The notes beneath the pieces are model-generated. The model was not told where the DNA came from. It made no database searches and saw only the letters and a list, made by a program, of their open reading frames with translations. From IMG/VR virus record IMGVR_UViG_3300028591_000161, positions 1 to 64,000 of that record: a DNA stretch of 64,000 nt. One strand, 5' to 3'. Source of the stretch: a virus. Its lineage: Duplodnaviria; Caudoviricetes. Shown here in pieces: positions 27,007 through 36,437 of the stretch; position 1 is the stretch's first letter, and every line of letters begins with the position of its first letter. The position numbers and the translations under genes were made by a program.

Positions 27007-28548
27007 TTGTCATTTAAGGTGACAATTCGTGCGACGTCCATAACGGTGCAACCGGGACAAGAATCATTACTCCCGTTAGCACCGTTATTGGATATGCATG
27101 AGTATGAAGACGAATACCAACAGACAACAAAGGTACTGGGGTATATGTTGGACGAGACTCATGATGTATTGTATCTGCACAAAGGTGTTGACATTGATTA
27201 TCTTCGCAGATTGCTAAGTGATGTTGAGTTCGCATATGATCCATATGACTCATACAAAGAAATGAATTATCAATTCGAAGAAGCATTCCCACCCAAGAAT
27301 GAAGACCAAGAAGATGTTATCAAATTCTTATCCGGTAAACCACCATATCATGAAAATATGAAAGAATCGCAGATATTCTTGGTAAAGGTGGGAGGGTTCG
27401 GCAAATCGTTCTGTGCAGGATATGCAATGGGTGAACTCGGAATGAAGACATTGATTATCATGCACCGTGATAGTCTTCGTTCACAATGGGTCAATTCGCT
27501 ATATGATCTAAATGGATATTCATCGAAGGAAGTACACGAATTAACATCGTCAGGTGAATTGGAAGCGATCGCAAATGGGCAACTAGAATTAGATTATGAT
27601 ATCTATCTAATGACACATGCAACATTCCAAGCAGCATGTAACCGAATTCGTGATTGTGAGAAGATTCATAACATCACAAAGAATCTTCATATTGGATTGA
27701 AGATCATCGACGAGGCTCACCTATATTTCAGAGACACATTGTTGATGGATTTCTTGTTCAATGTGAAACGTAATGTGTACTTGACGGCAACAGATGGTCG
27801 CTCATCAAAAGATGAAGATGCTATTTTCCGGCATGCTTTCTCTAAAGCAGTCTTTTATCGAAAGATATCCGTTTCAGATGAAAAATCACATCCAGACAAA
27901 TGGGTTGAATATATCACGGTTGATATCAATACAAAATGTCCAACCAGTGTTTACAAGTATCGCGTAAATGGTGGTCGGGGCATGTCAGCTGTATCGTATG
28001 GCAAATGGGTTATTCAACGTGATAAAAAACAAACACACTTCAAAGTGTGTCGTGATATTTTGAAGACTATCTATGAGAACGAACCAAGTGCGAAAGTGAT
28101 CATATTCATGCCTCTGATTGATTTGTGTACAGACTGTGCATATTTCCTAAATATGGAATTGAGCAATGATCCATCGTTCGAATATTCGCTCGACGTTAGG
28201 ACAGTGAATTCTCACAATTCCAAATCAGAGAATGAATACAACAAACGCTCTGCAGATGTGATTGTCACTACTGTACAATCACTCGGAACAGGTTCAGACA
28301 TCAAAGGAATCACGGACATCATTAATTGTTCGCCGATCGTTTCGAAAATTGTTGTGAAGCAGGTTTTGTGGCGTATTCGATACATTCCGAAACCGTGTCA
28401 TTACTATGACATCGTAGATGTATCTGTTCCAATGGATCGACATTGGTGGAGTTCCCGCAAACGAACACTAGAAGCGATGACGACGAAATATTCTCATATT
28501 GCATGGGTTGAGGAGGACTCACATGACACCGATCAAGTCAATAACTAA
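27007..28548 (+). CDS. Superfamily 2 DExH helicase (UvsW/XPB-like)
   Basis: Variant Walker A GGFGKS, IIDEAH, LTAT motif III, and VIVTTVQSLGTGSDIKGI motif V. TTG start. Confidence 0.85.
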   Translation: MSFKVTIRATSITVQPGQESLLPLAPLLDMHEYEDEYQQTTKVLGYMLDETHDVLYLHKGVDIDYLRRLLSDVEFAYDPYDSYKEMNYQFEEAFPPKNEDQEDVIKFLSGKPPYHENMKESQIFLVKVGGFGKSFCAGYAMGELGMKTLIIMHRDSLRSQWVNSLYDLNGYSSKEVHELTSSGELEAIANGQLELDYDIYLMTHATFQAACNRIRDCEKIHNITKNLHIGLKIIDEAHLYFRDTLLMDFLFNVKRNVYLTATDGRSSKDEDAIFRHAFSKAVFYRKISVSDEKSHPDKWVEYITVDINTKCPTSVYKYRVNGGRGMSAVSYGKWVIQRDKKQTHFKVCRDILKTIYENEPSAKVIIFMPLIDLCTDCAYFLNMELSNDPSFEYSLDVRTVNSHNSKSENEYNKRSADVIVTTVQSLGTGSDIKGITDIINCSPIVSKIVVKQVLWRIRYIPKPCHYYDIVDVSVPMDRHWWSSRKRTLEAMTTKYSHIAWVEEDSHDTDQVNN

Positions 28549-28900
28549 AATTACGATGCGTTATTTGACACGATTGCATGCGGTGATGCTTTTTATGGCA
28601 ATCCCATGGATATTATATATGATTCTCGATATCATGTATGGTTCATTTATGAATAATCATGGTATCGAGAAATCATTGATCGTGTTACTCGCATATATGA
28701 TTATCTGGAAATGGATGACGCATTATCTGAAAAAGAAATCGTTGTCAGATATTCTTGACTATAACAAACTGCGCGACGAAGAAAATCATGAATTTGCAAA
28801 GCTTGTTTTGGAAGGGAAACTTTATACAGATAATCGTATCTTGGATATTGTCAGAGAAATGGGCAAAATCATGATAGAAGAAGAACGTAAGAATGATTAA
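28523..28900 (+). CDS. Small membrane protein (2 TM)
   Basis: Two hydrophobic stretches; ATG 28523 after GAGGAGG. Confidence 0.65.
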   Translation: MTPIKSITKITMRYLTRLHAVMLFMAIPWILYMILDIMYGSFMNNHGIEKSLIVLLAYMIIWKWMTHYLKKKSLSDILDYNKLRDEENHEFAKLVLEGKLYTDNRILDIVREMGKIMIEEERKND

Positions 28901-28927
28901 CAGTGGGGCAAAAGCCCCACTGTTAAT
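28896..28927. terminator. Intrinsic terminator between convergent genes
   Basis: 14-bp stem ATTAACAGTGGGGC/GCCCCACTGTTAAT with AAAA loop. Confidence 0.75.
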
Positions 28928-28933
28928 ATACAC

Positions 28934-29407
28934 TCATTCTACTGGAGTGTCAGTTTTGTCATCAGCATAGACATTCGGCGGGTCTGAAGTATCCGGGAAT
29001 CGAATCGAAGGATCAAGCTCTTGGAGCTTATTCTCGAGCCATTCACGATATCGTCTGTTGTCTCCCTCGACCCACGACATAAGAGAAGACAACTTGTGGT
29101 TCAGGTCCTTGACGGCGGCATCCAATACAGAATTGGATTCTTTGAGTTTGTCGATCTCTTCATGGAGAGATTGAATCTCGATTTTCGCCGATTCCCGGAA
29201 CTCACTGAATTGCTTTTTCGTATCTTCATTCAATTCTTTGAACGACTTCTTGATGTATTCCATCTCAGTCTGTTCATTTGCAACGCGGGCAGCATCCGCT
29301 TCGGCTTTATATTTTCTATATTGGAAAATAGCGGTTAGTGTGGCAGCGATGCCTGTACCACCACCGATCGTACCGATGAGAACTGCAAGAGCGTTAATTG
29401 ATTCCAT
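28934..29407 (-). CDS. Membrane-anchored coiled-coil protein (holin-like/lysis accessory)
   Basis: N-terminal Gly-rich TM segment followed by a long coiled coil. Start ATG 29407 after GAGG. Confidence 0.55.
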   Translation of the reverse strand: MESINALAVLIGTIGGGTGIAATLTAIFQYRKYKAEADAARVANEQTEMEYIKKSFKELNEDTKKQFSEFRESAKIEIQSLHEEIDKLKESNSVLDAAVKDLNHKLSSLMSWVEGDNRRYREWLENKLQELDPSIRFPDTSDPPNVYADDKTDTPVE

Positions 29408-29507
29408 GTCTGATAACCTCGTTTCTTTAAAAATAAAAATGATAAGTGTGATGTAAAAGTAGATGTCTAGTTCCACTTACATTTGAGTTTTCTATGAAAC
29501 AAACACG

Positions 29508-29524
29508 TTAACCGTTACGGTTAA
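29508..29524. promoter_or_regulatory. Operator-like palindrome TTAACCGT-T-ACGGTTAA
   Basis: Perfect 8-bp inverted repeat with a 1-nt spacer in a divergent intergenic region. Confidence 0.4.
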
Positions 29525-29547
29525 ACTATATCTTTTAGGAGGGTTAT

Positions 29548-29796
29548 ATGAAGAAAGGCGTTAAATTTATTACGATCGAGATTACATCAGGTGGTACTAC
29601 GGCGTATGTCATTGACAAAAAACAACAGGTTTCCCGTTTTACTCTCACAAGAACACAGCGGGATATATTCGAACATTACAATGCGAAGGATTTTCTCGAG
29701 AGAGTTCGGATGGAATTTAACGCCGATGTTCTCGATGAAAACTTCATCATTACAAAATTCGGAGAACAGGTATATCCGAAAAAGAAAGATTCATAA
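29548..29796 (+). CDS. Hypothetical protein
   Basis: 82-aa ORF with RBS AGGAGG followed by a terminator. Confidence 0.7.
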   Translation: MKKGVKFITIEITSGGTTAYVIDKKQQVSRFTLTRTQRDIFEHYNAKDFLERVRMEFNADVLDENFIITKFGEQVYPKKKDS

Positions 29797-29798
29797 AC

Positions 29799-29826
29799 AG
29801 GTGGGCGCCGAAGCGCCCACCTTTTA
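29799..29826. terminator. Intrinsic terminator between convergent genes
   Basis: 10-bp stem AGGTGGGCGC/GCGCCCACCT with CGAA loop and T tract. Confidence 0.75.
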
Positions 29827-29828
29827 CA

Positions 29829-30245
29829 TCAATCATTCTCACCGTTTTCATCGGTGCCGGGTTCTTCCGGGTCGTCGACGTCTTCATCGCATTCATCATC
29901 AGCTTCATCATCGTCTGAGAGAAGCAGCTCTTCAATGACAGATGGATCGATCGCAGTGACTTGCACATTTGGTTTTGTCAACTGATGTCCAACCTGATGA
30001 CCACCTGTTGCAGCCAGACCGGATGCAATACCGGTGATGATTGCGGTGATAATGTTATCACCCATTTTCATAGACGGAATGAAGTATCCGCCGACTCCAA
30101 GGATAAGTCCAAACGCGACTGAGAAAATGGGAATGAAACGATTGATATCCTTGCCGAGAGATTTCGCAATTCCTTTCGTTGCCTCATTGAGAATAAAAAC
30201 AAATGCGACAATCGTCGGGATGCTGAGAGCATTCAGATCAGTCAT
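29829..30245 (-). CDS. Holin (3 TM, Firmicutes phage type) with acidic tail
   Basis: Three TM segments with RFIPIFSVAFGLILG and IITGIASGLAATGGHQ holin-like motifs. Start 30245 after AAGGAG. Confidence 0.75.
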   Translation of the reverse strand: MTDLNALSIPTIVAFVFILNEATKGIAKSLGKDINRFIPIFSVAFGLILGVGGYFIPSMKMGDNIITAIITGIASGLAATGGHQVGHQLTKPNVQVTAIDPSVIEELLLSDDDEADDECDEDVDDPEEPGTDENGEND

Positions 30246-30334
30246 GATTTTCACTCCTTAAATATATATTCTTGACATGATACCACAGGAGTCGGATGTG
30301 GTATTATTACAACGTATTTGATTGGAGGAAATGT

Positions 30335-30511
30335 ATGCGAATACCCAGAAGGAAAGTGACAAATCCGGGTACTAAGATATGGAGAATGTCACGGAAACAG
30401 AAAACACATCGATCTGATCAACGGGAAAAGGTTGTGAATGAAGAACCAATTCAACCCGTTTTCAGAAATAAAGTAACCAGAAAGGATGAGAACCCCAATG
30501 ACAAATTATGA
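30335..30511 (+). CDS. Small basic hypothetical protein
   Basis: ATG 30335 after GGAGG; Arg/Lys-rich 58 aa. Confidence 0.55.
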   Translation: MRIPRRKVTNPGTKIWRMSRKQKTHRSDQREKVVNEEPIQPVFRNKVTRKDENPNDKL

Positions 30512-31016
30512 AGATATCACCGATGACAGAGATGTATCAGAAGCTGTCATGGATCATGACGAGGCAACAGCGCCGGATACCGAGATACCATTGTATCAGG
30601 AAGTGCCGGATAATGCTTTCGTTTTCCATTCCATGGATGGACATCATTATCTGATCGACAGAACATTGATCGACTGGGAACAGACTGCTGCAAATGAGGA
30701 AGTCATTCAGCAGAATATGTTTGTTGTTCGGCAGCAATTGTTGAATCTGTTTCTGAGTCGTGATGGTGTCACGGAATCAGATACTGAATTTGCTAATACT
30801 GTTGTCAAGGATATTGTAACAGGATTTGGCTGTACACCTAAATATACAGCAACTTTTCCGGAAGCGGATCATTATGATATTGCACAGATGTACTGCATCG
30901 ATGCATTGGAAATTATGAATCTGCTTTTGAAGGAAATTGCGGTATTCAATGTGAACAAATCCATCGCGGATTGTTTAAATTCATTTACACAGGAGGATAC
31001 AACCCATGAAGACTGA
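30498..31016 (+). CDS. Acidic hypothetical protein
   Basis: ORF overlapping both neighbours; AAAGGA is properly spaced from ATG 30498. Confidence 0.65.
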   Translation: MTNYEDITDDRDVSEAVMDHDEATAPDTEIPLYQEVPDNAFVFHSMDGHHYLIDRTLIDWEQTAANEEVIQQNMFVVRQQLLNLFLSRDGVTESDTEFANTVVKDIVTGFGCTPKYTATFPEADHYDIAQMYCIDALEIMNLLLKEIAVFNVNKSIADCLNSFTQEDTTHED

Positions 31017-31827
31017 ATTCCAAATGATCAACCCGCCGTTCCCGGAGGGAACCCAACAAATCACTGAGAGCGTGCATCTGCGTGAATTGATGGACGAAGA
31101 GTCGAAAACACTGAAGATCGAGCTCTATTTTCCGTCCAAAGCAAATCCGGCGAACATTTATATGTTCACACTGTATCCGGATGCAAACTTCGGTTCACTG
31201 ACCGAAATCACAAACGATATGGTCCGTCAGCTGTATACCGGGGAACTTCAGCTTCCGGATGATGTCAAGCTGGATGCCATGCGTGTTGTCCAGATCGGTG
31301 TCGGCGAAATGGCTGCTGATGGACGTGACTATGATGACGGTGATAAGATCTACTATCGTCTGCTGAATGGTTCTGTACTGACGACACCTGCTGCAGCGGT
31401 TGACTGGGAGAACAACATCAAACGCATTCATGAAATGCAATATGTGATGGATCATACCCGTAACTTGATTGTGGCATTGCTCACAAAAGAAACGGTTGAG
31501 ATCAAGAAAGCGAACGAAGACGGCAGCGAAGGTGAGACGATTCAGAAGAATATCATCGAACTCGCAACCGAAGAACTCCAGAAATTCCATGAGAGCAATC
31601 GGTTGAACATCGACTACAGTATGTTTACTGATAACGGTATCACAACCGAACGGGATGTGCTGATTGCACAGCTGATCGATGTTCTCGAGATTCATCAGCA
31701 GATGATCACTGCAACGATCGCGGTTGCAACACGGAAGCAGGTCGCTGATATGTATGAACAGCGGGTTGCTGCAGAGAAAGAAGCTGAACCGGAAACTGTT
31801 CAGGCTGAAGTTGTGAGTGAGGAGTAA
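31006..31827 (+). CDS. Acidic hypothetical protein (high-expression codon bias)
   Basis: 273-aa ORF with RBS AGGAGG. Confidence 0.7.
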   Translation: MKTEFQMINPPFPEGTQQITESVHLRELMDEESKTLKIELYFPSKANPANIYMFTLYPDANFGSLTEITNDMVRQLYTGELQLPDDVKLDAMRVVQIGVGEMAADGRDYDDGDKIYYRLLNGSVLTTPAAAVDWENNIKRIHEMQYVMDHTRNLIVALLTKETVEIKKANEDGSEGETIQKNIIELATEELQKFHESNRLNIDYSMFTDNGITTERDVLIAQLIDVLEIHQQMITATIAVATRKQVADMYEQRVAAEKEAEPETVQAEVVSEE

Positions 31828-31832
31828 TCGTT

Positions 31833-32003
31833 ATGAAGAAGCTGCTGATTGGAGTTACAATTGCTACTGTAGCAGCAATTCTTCTCAAACGGTTCTATGA
31901 AAAACACGATAATGATCAAATACGGACAGCCGATGAAGACTGTCCGTATTTGATTGAACGTGATAACGGAGGAAAATACAATGCCATTTATTTTTCATCA
32001 TAA
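31833..32003 (+). CDS. Small single-TM protein (56 aa, not in ORF track)
   Basis: RBS GAGGAG; MKKLLIGVTIATVAAILLKRF… fills the gap between two operon genes. Confidence 0.6.
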   Translation: MKKLLIGVTIATVAAILLKRFYEKHDNDQIRTADEDCPYLIERDNGGKYNAIYFSS

Positions 32004-33003
32004 TGATGATGATGGTCGGTGTTCTGCCGCGATCATTTATAATGAACTCTGCGCGGAATCAAAGCCAACATTCATTGAGTATTCTCATGGAATGAAAATG
32101 CCTACAGTTCCCGCAGATGAGTTCCACGATAATGACACCGTCTACATTGTGGATCTCGCATTGGATCAGGTCATTTTCAGCACCATTCAGCGTATTCAGA
32201 ATATCAATCCGACCGTCAAGATCGTACATATCGATCATCACAAGACGACATTCGATTTCATGGACGACATGAATGATGAACAACGGGAAACCATGAAGAA
32301 TGTCCGGAAGTTCTATCGGAATGGTATTTCTGCATCCATGTTATGCTGGGTATATGCATGCATGTTGGAAGATGATCGTAATCGGATGGATGATGACACA
32401 ATTCCTGTGGGGTCTCGCGATACATTTGACTTTACTGAGAATTTTTCACATGTCGGCTTTAATCTGGGTAAACGGAATGAAAGAGTCATCAGAGTCCCGA
32501 TGATCATTCGTTGGATTGATGATTGGGATGTATGGCGTCATGCACTCGACGGGACAAGGGAATTCAATGCTGGATTTGGTCTTGTAGAAGATAAACTTCC
32601 AGAGAATAAATTCTGGGCAGATTATTTCTATACGAACAATGAAATGATTCTGCATGATAGATTTATAAGACCAGGTGCAACCATTCTTGAATACAACACA
32701 AAGCAGTACAAGAGAATGATGAAGCATGCTTTTGAATATACACTTCCGTCTGGCGAGACGATCTTGTGCTTGAATGCAGACGGCAATTCCACAGTGTTTG
32801 GCGATCAGATCAATGATTATCCGGCATGTTGTCTGTTCAACTATGAAGGAGACAAGGGTCTCTGGATGTACTCCATGTATTCAAAAGAAGACGGCGCTGA
32901 TGTATCCGCCATTTGCAAGAGTTATGGTGGTGGTGGTCATGTTCATGCTGCCGGTTTCCAGAGTCCGGATAATATATTCGCGGATCACAATAAAATGAAA
33001 TGA
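31981..33003 (+). CDS. DHH/DHHA1 phosphoesterase
   Basis: HHNDDDG, YIVDL, HIDHH and GGGGHVHAAG motifs. Start ATG 31981 after GGAGG. Confidence 0.88.
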   Translation: MPFIFHHNDDDGRCSAAIIYNELCAESKPTFIEYSHGMKMPTVPADEFHDNDTVYIVDLALDQVIFSTIQRIQNINPTVKIVHIDHHKTTFDFMDDMNDEQRETMKNVRKFYRNGISASMLCWVYACMLEDDRNRMDDDTIPVGSRDTFDFTENFSHVGFNLGKRNERVIRVPMIIRWIDDWDVWRHALDGTREFNAGFGLVEDKLPENKFWADYFYTNNEMILHDRFIRPGATILEYNTKQYKRMMKHAFEYTLPSGETILCLNADGNSTVFGDQINDYPACCLFNYEGDKGLWMYSMYSKEDGADVSAICKSYGGGGHVHAAGFQSPDNIFADHNKMK

Positions 33004-33004
33004 A

Positions 33005-33027
33005 ATGTGGGGGCTTTGCCCCCACAT
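33005..33027 (+). terminator. Intrinsic terminator after DHH gene
   Basis: Stem ATGTGGGGGC/GCCCCCACAT. Confidence 0.7.
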
Positions 33028-33060
33028 ACTCATGTACTGATTTTTTTTTGTAAAGTAGAT

Positions 33061-33213
33061 GTGTATGTCCCGCCTCATAGCTCGAATCGAGGCGGGACTC
33101 ACACACTGCTTTCTTTTGACATTACCGACCGAAAATCAGGATCCTGTACAGAAACTGACTTCGACAAAATCGATCGGCTGTGACGATTCAGAATAATGTC
33201 AAAATTCTGAATC
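33061..33213 (-). ncRNA. Candidate structured non-coding RNA
   Basis: ORF-free interval with several nested or alternative helices. G-U pairs favour the minus strand. No family recognised. Confidence 0.35.
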
Positions 33214-33517
33214 CATTTCAGAGGTTTCCATGACCATCAATGTCATTGCCAATTAGCCCTTCAATTGTGGATCATGAATAAAGTATATGTATAAATTACA
33301 CGAAACCATTGCATCATGCGTCATGTTCCGGATCCGTGTGCGTGATCACGGAGATGGCCATCATTTACCGAATTCATATGTCCACATGAATCATATATAA
33401 AACAGGGCGTTTTCATTTTTTTAAACATAACCTGTTTGAGTTTCCCGTTATGTATATTTTCACATGAAACATATTACACGATGCATGATACTTTGACATC
33501 ATGTAATTGTCAACATA

Positions 33518-35437
33518 TCAAGCTTTTACAACCTTTTCAAGAGGTGTTGTTGTTGGTGTAATACCGTCGATATTCTGTGACAAACCAACATTAATTGCAG
33601 TTGAGATATCTTGGAATAATAATCCTTGGAGGATACCGGCACGTTGAACTGCAACGCGGAATGGCTCCTTGTCGTATGACATTGGATCAACACCACCTTG
33701 ACCATATCGCAATGCGAATGACTTTCCACCTGAACGACACACACGACGTGCCATAATTTCATATGTGATGGACGGACCGGTCAAGTCGATCTTGTTGATT
33801 TCCAAACAACGGAACATCATTTCTGTCATCATGTTGTATGGAATTTGTGCCGTTTTTGAATGCAAATATATTTGGTTGATATAATATTCGACATTCTTGA
33901 CGGATTGCCGAATCGCTACGGAGCAGATATTAGAATCCGGCTCATATTGTAGAATGTAGTAGTCTGGATCTTCTTGTACATCGTCGTAGATATGGAAGTC
34001 CAATGTCGCAGGTACCGTCATGCGTGTTGACAATACTTCACGTCCAGAATTATCATAGAACTTGACAGGAACAACACCGAATGATGAGCATGTCGTTGCT
34101 TCCAATGAGAAACCTTTAAACTCTTCGAACATTCTCGGAATAAAAATTTTCATTGGGATTTTGTTCACGATAAAACCTTCCCGAATGTCAAAGTAATTGT
34201 TCGGCTGTTCGAACAACCACTTCTTGTCGATAACTGATGCAGACTGTGAAAGGTCGTGTTTGGATTTCAATTTTAGGTTCAGAAGTTTCTGTGTAATAGA
34301 TGTAACCAACAAACCGATCTGTGTGACTTCCAAATTATGGAATACGCGTCCTGCACACTTTCCACAAATGGATTCGTGCTTACAACATTGCGGGGAATAC
34401 AGATTGACAGTCTTACCAACGTACTGACCAATGTTATCAAGTGTAGTAAGAACTTTCTTACCACCCTCATTAATGTATCGATACAATACGTACTGTTTAT
34501 TGTTGTCTGTAATTGTCAGCGGAATTGTTTGCGTAGTTCCACAATCTGAATTTGGATTCGGATCAATGTTGACAGATTGCAATAATGCGAGAATGATTTT
34601 TGCCATGTAACCTGCATCGGCAGTACCAATTGCAGACGGATATGCACCTGCAACAACCGAATTTGCAAATGATGGGATATCTTTGACTTTAATACCATCC
34701 ATCAATGATGATTCACATACATCAAACTTTCCGGTCAGACCATTGAAAACTGCGCCACGCATGACATTGATTGTCTTGTAATTATTGTCAAGATTACCAT
34801 CTCCTGATGCATACATGTCATAACCATAATCGTTCTTAAGATTCTGACGGACAAGAGTCATGAGTTCCTTTTCCATAGCATTTGATGCAATCAGTTGTTT
34901 CGTTGGATCGGATGAATGTAAATCATCTTTGTATTTCTCCAACAATTGCAATTTCAATTGTTGTACATTATGCATCGGGCGAACAAGCGATGGTGAAATC
35001 GATGATGAAAGAAATGCCGCACATTGGAATCCGAGTTTGTCACGACGATCGACAAACTTTCCAAGAATTTTCGTGTCAATGACACCGGTAATAACAAGGT
35101 TGTTCACGAAGATGTTTAACTTCTTCAAACCCTTTGAATCCAAAGGTGTATTCCAGTATCCAAGATGTTGTATGATACCAGTATATTCCAATAGGTATCG
35201 ATTCATGAACAGGAGTCCGAGTGTTGTCTCGATCTCCTCGGTCACATATTGATATTCAGATTTTGTCAACTTGATATGATCATTTGCATTGAATGCCGAA
35301 GATTTCTGGGAGTTTGTCGTTCGATCAAAATATGATGCGAACATACCTTCCAACAATGCTTTGTTGAATTCATTAATATCCGCCGCAAGAATACGTTGTT
35401 TTCCAACCTGTGCGGTAGATGATGTAGGCTGAGCCAT
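33518..35437 (-). CDS. rpoC: RNA polymerase beta' subunit, C-terminal fragment (split, probably virion RNAP)
   Basis: ASGDGN (cf. SGARG), bridge helix GTADAGYMAK, Zn site DCGT…CC…ICGKCAG, and trigger loop IGLLVTSITQKLLNLKLKSKH. Confidence 0.85.
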   Translation of the reverse strand: MAQPTSSTAQVGKQRILAADINEFNKALLEGMFASYFDRTTNSQKSSAFNANDHIKLTKSEYQYVTEEIETTLGLLFMNRYLLEYTGIIQHLGYWNTPLDSKGLKKLNIFVNNLVITGVIDTKILGKFVDRRDKLGFQCAAFLSSSISPSLVRPMHNVQQLKLQLLEKYKDDLHSSDPTKQLIASNAMEKELMTLVRQNLKNDYGYDMYASGDGNLDNNYKTINVMRGAVFNGLTGKFDVCESSLMDGIKVKDIPSFANSVVAGAYPSAIGTADAGYMAKIILALLQSVNIDPNPNSDCGTTQTIPLTITDNNKQYVLYRYINEGGKKVLTTLDNIGQYVGKTVNLYSPQCCKHESICGKCAGRVFHNLEVTQIGLLVTSITQKLLNLKLKSKHDLSQSASVIDKKWLFEQPNNYFDIREGFIVNKIPMKIFIPRMFEEFKGFSLEATTCSSFGVVPVKFYDNSGREVLSTRMTVPATLDFHIYDDVQEDPDYYILQYEPDSNICSVAIRQSVKNVEYYINQIYLHSKTAQIPYNMMTEMMFRCLEINKIDLTGPSITYEIMARRVCRSGGKSFALRYGQGGVDPMSYDKEPFRVAVQRAGILQGLLFQDISTAINVGLSQNIDGITPTTTPLEKVVKA

Positions 35438-35460
35438 ATTCTTTCCTCCTTTATAGAATC

Positions 35461-35478
35461 AAGATTATCGTTCGGTTT
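35461..35478 (-). promoter_or_regulatory. Late-type promoter motif AAACC-N6-TAATCTT
   Basis: AAACC GAACGA TAA TCTT lies upstream of the RNAP beta' gene. Confidence 0.55.
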
Positions 35479-35479
35479 C

Positions 35480-35503
35480 GTGGGGCATGAAGCCCCACTT
35501 TTT
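35480..35503. terminator. GC hairpin insulating divergent promoters
   Basis: GTGGGGC-ATGAA-GCCCCAC followed by a T tract. Confidence 0.6.
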
Positions 35504-35511
35504 CGAACGTT

Positions 35512-35526
35512 CATATGTATATAATT
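35512..35526 (+). promoter_or_regulatory. Early-type AT-rich promoter motif CATATGTATATAATT
   Basis: Identical to 11246..11260; upstream of small ORF 35582. Confidence 0.6.
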
Positions 35527-35581
35527 AAAATGACATCATGGTGCAATCATAATTAAAAATACATGAAAGGAGTGAAGAACC

Positions 35582-35755
35582 ATGCGTCATGAAATAAGTC
35601 GGATTCTGACTGCCAGAGATGAGAGAGCATCCAAAGCACAGTCAGAATGCGCAACGATTGTTGCATGTGGCGATTCGAGAGAATCGTTCCATGCGATGAT
35701 CGAAAAGATCGCGACGGTTATCCCGAAACATACATCGGGGTGCTTTGTTCGCTGA
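35582..35755 (+). CDS. Small hypothetical protein (57 aa, not in ORF track)
   Basis: Strong RBS GAAAGGAGTG; lies between an early-type promoter and a hairpin (35767-35789). Confidence 0.6.
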   Translation: MRHEISRILTARDERASKAQSECATIVACGDSRESFHAMIEKIATVIPKHTSGCFVR

Positions 35756-35828
35756 TCTTTTTAATAGGGAGATGTGTCCGCATCTCCCCATTTCATTATT
35801 GTTTCAGAAAGTGAGGAATTAATTAATT

Positions 35829-36437
35829 ATGATTATCGAAGATCGTCTGCTTGAAACTATCATCAGACAAAACCTGAACATGTTGTTCTCTGAAGACATG
35901 TTCAAAATCCGTATCGAGCATAATGAATACGGTGACAGAACAAAGATTACTGTGCATCAAAGCGAGTTGCATGAAGTCATCCTCTCAAGTATATTTGAGA
36001 TTCAGACAGATACGAAGCATCAGTGCTCTTCAATGCGAGTCGTCGCAACTCAATTCTATTGTGAAGATATCAATGACACGTTTGAAGACTTCGTAAAGTG
36101 CTGCAAAGAAATCAAAGCGAAAATTGAAGAAATCTCATCTCACAGAACTATGTATCACGAAACTGAAGATGGGATCATCGTTAATTTCCGCGAGATCGGC
36201 ATCGAGTATGTAGATTCATATATATCAACACGTGATCTTTTTGTGAAAAGATCCAATGACATCTCGTATGTGAAATTCAATAATGGCGGTGTCATAACAC
36301 AATCGCTTGACAGAGATGCTTTCGATGTCATGTTAATGAAATACATCAATGATGAAAATGTGTATCTCGATTTTAGCGCAGCAGATATGATCCAATTCGT
36401 CGATTATGACAAATATATTCGTGATGACGGCGAGTAA
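35829..36437 (+). CDS. Hypothetical protein
   Basis: 202-aa ORF with RBS GAGGA followed by a terminator. Confidence 0.7.
   Translation: MIIEDRLLETIIRQNLNMLFSEDMFKIRIEHNEYGDRTKITVHQSELHEVILSSIFEIQTDTKHQCSSMRVVATQFYCEDINDTFEDFVKCCKEIKAKIEEISSHRTMYHETEDGIIVNFREIGIEYVDSYISTRDLFVKRSNDISYVKFNNGGVITQSLDRDAFDVMLMKYINDENVYLDFSAADMIQFVDYDKYIRDDGE

Noticed and set aside
33075-33105. tRNA (CTCGAATC resembles a T-loop)
   Set aside because: There is no 5-bp T-stem, acceptor stem or anticodon arm; it is a simple long hairpin. I saw no tRNA anywhere in the window.
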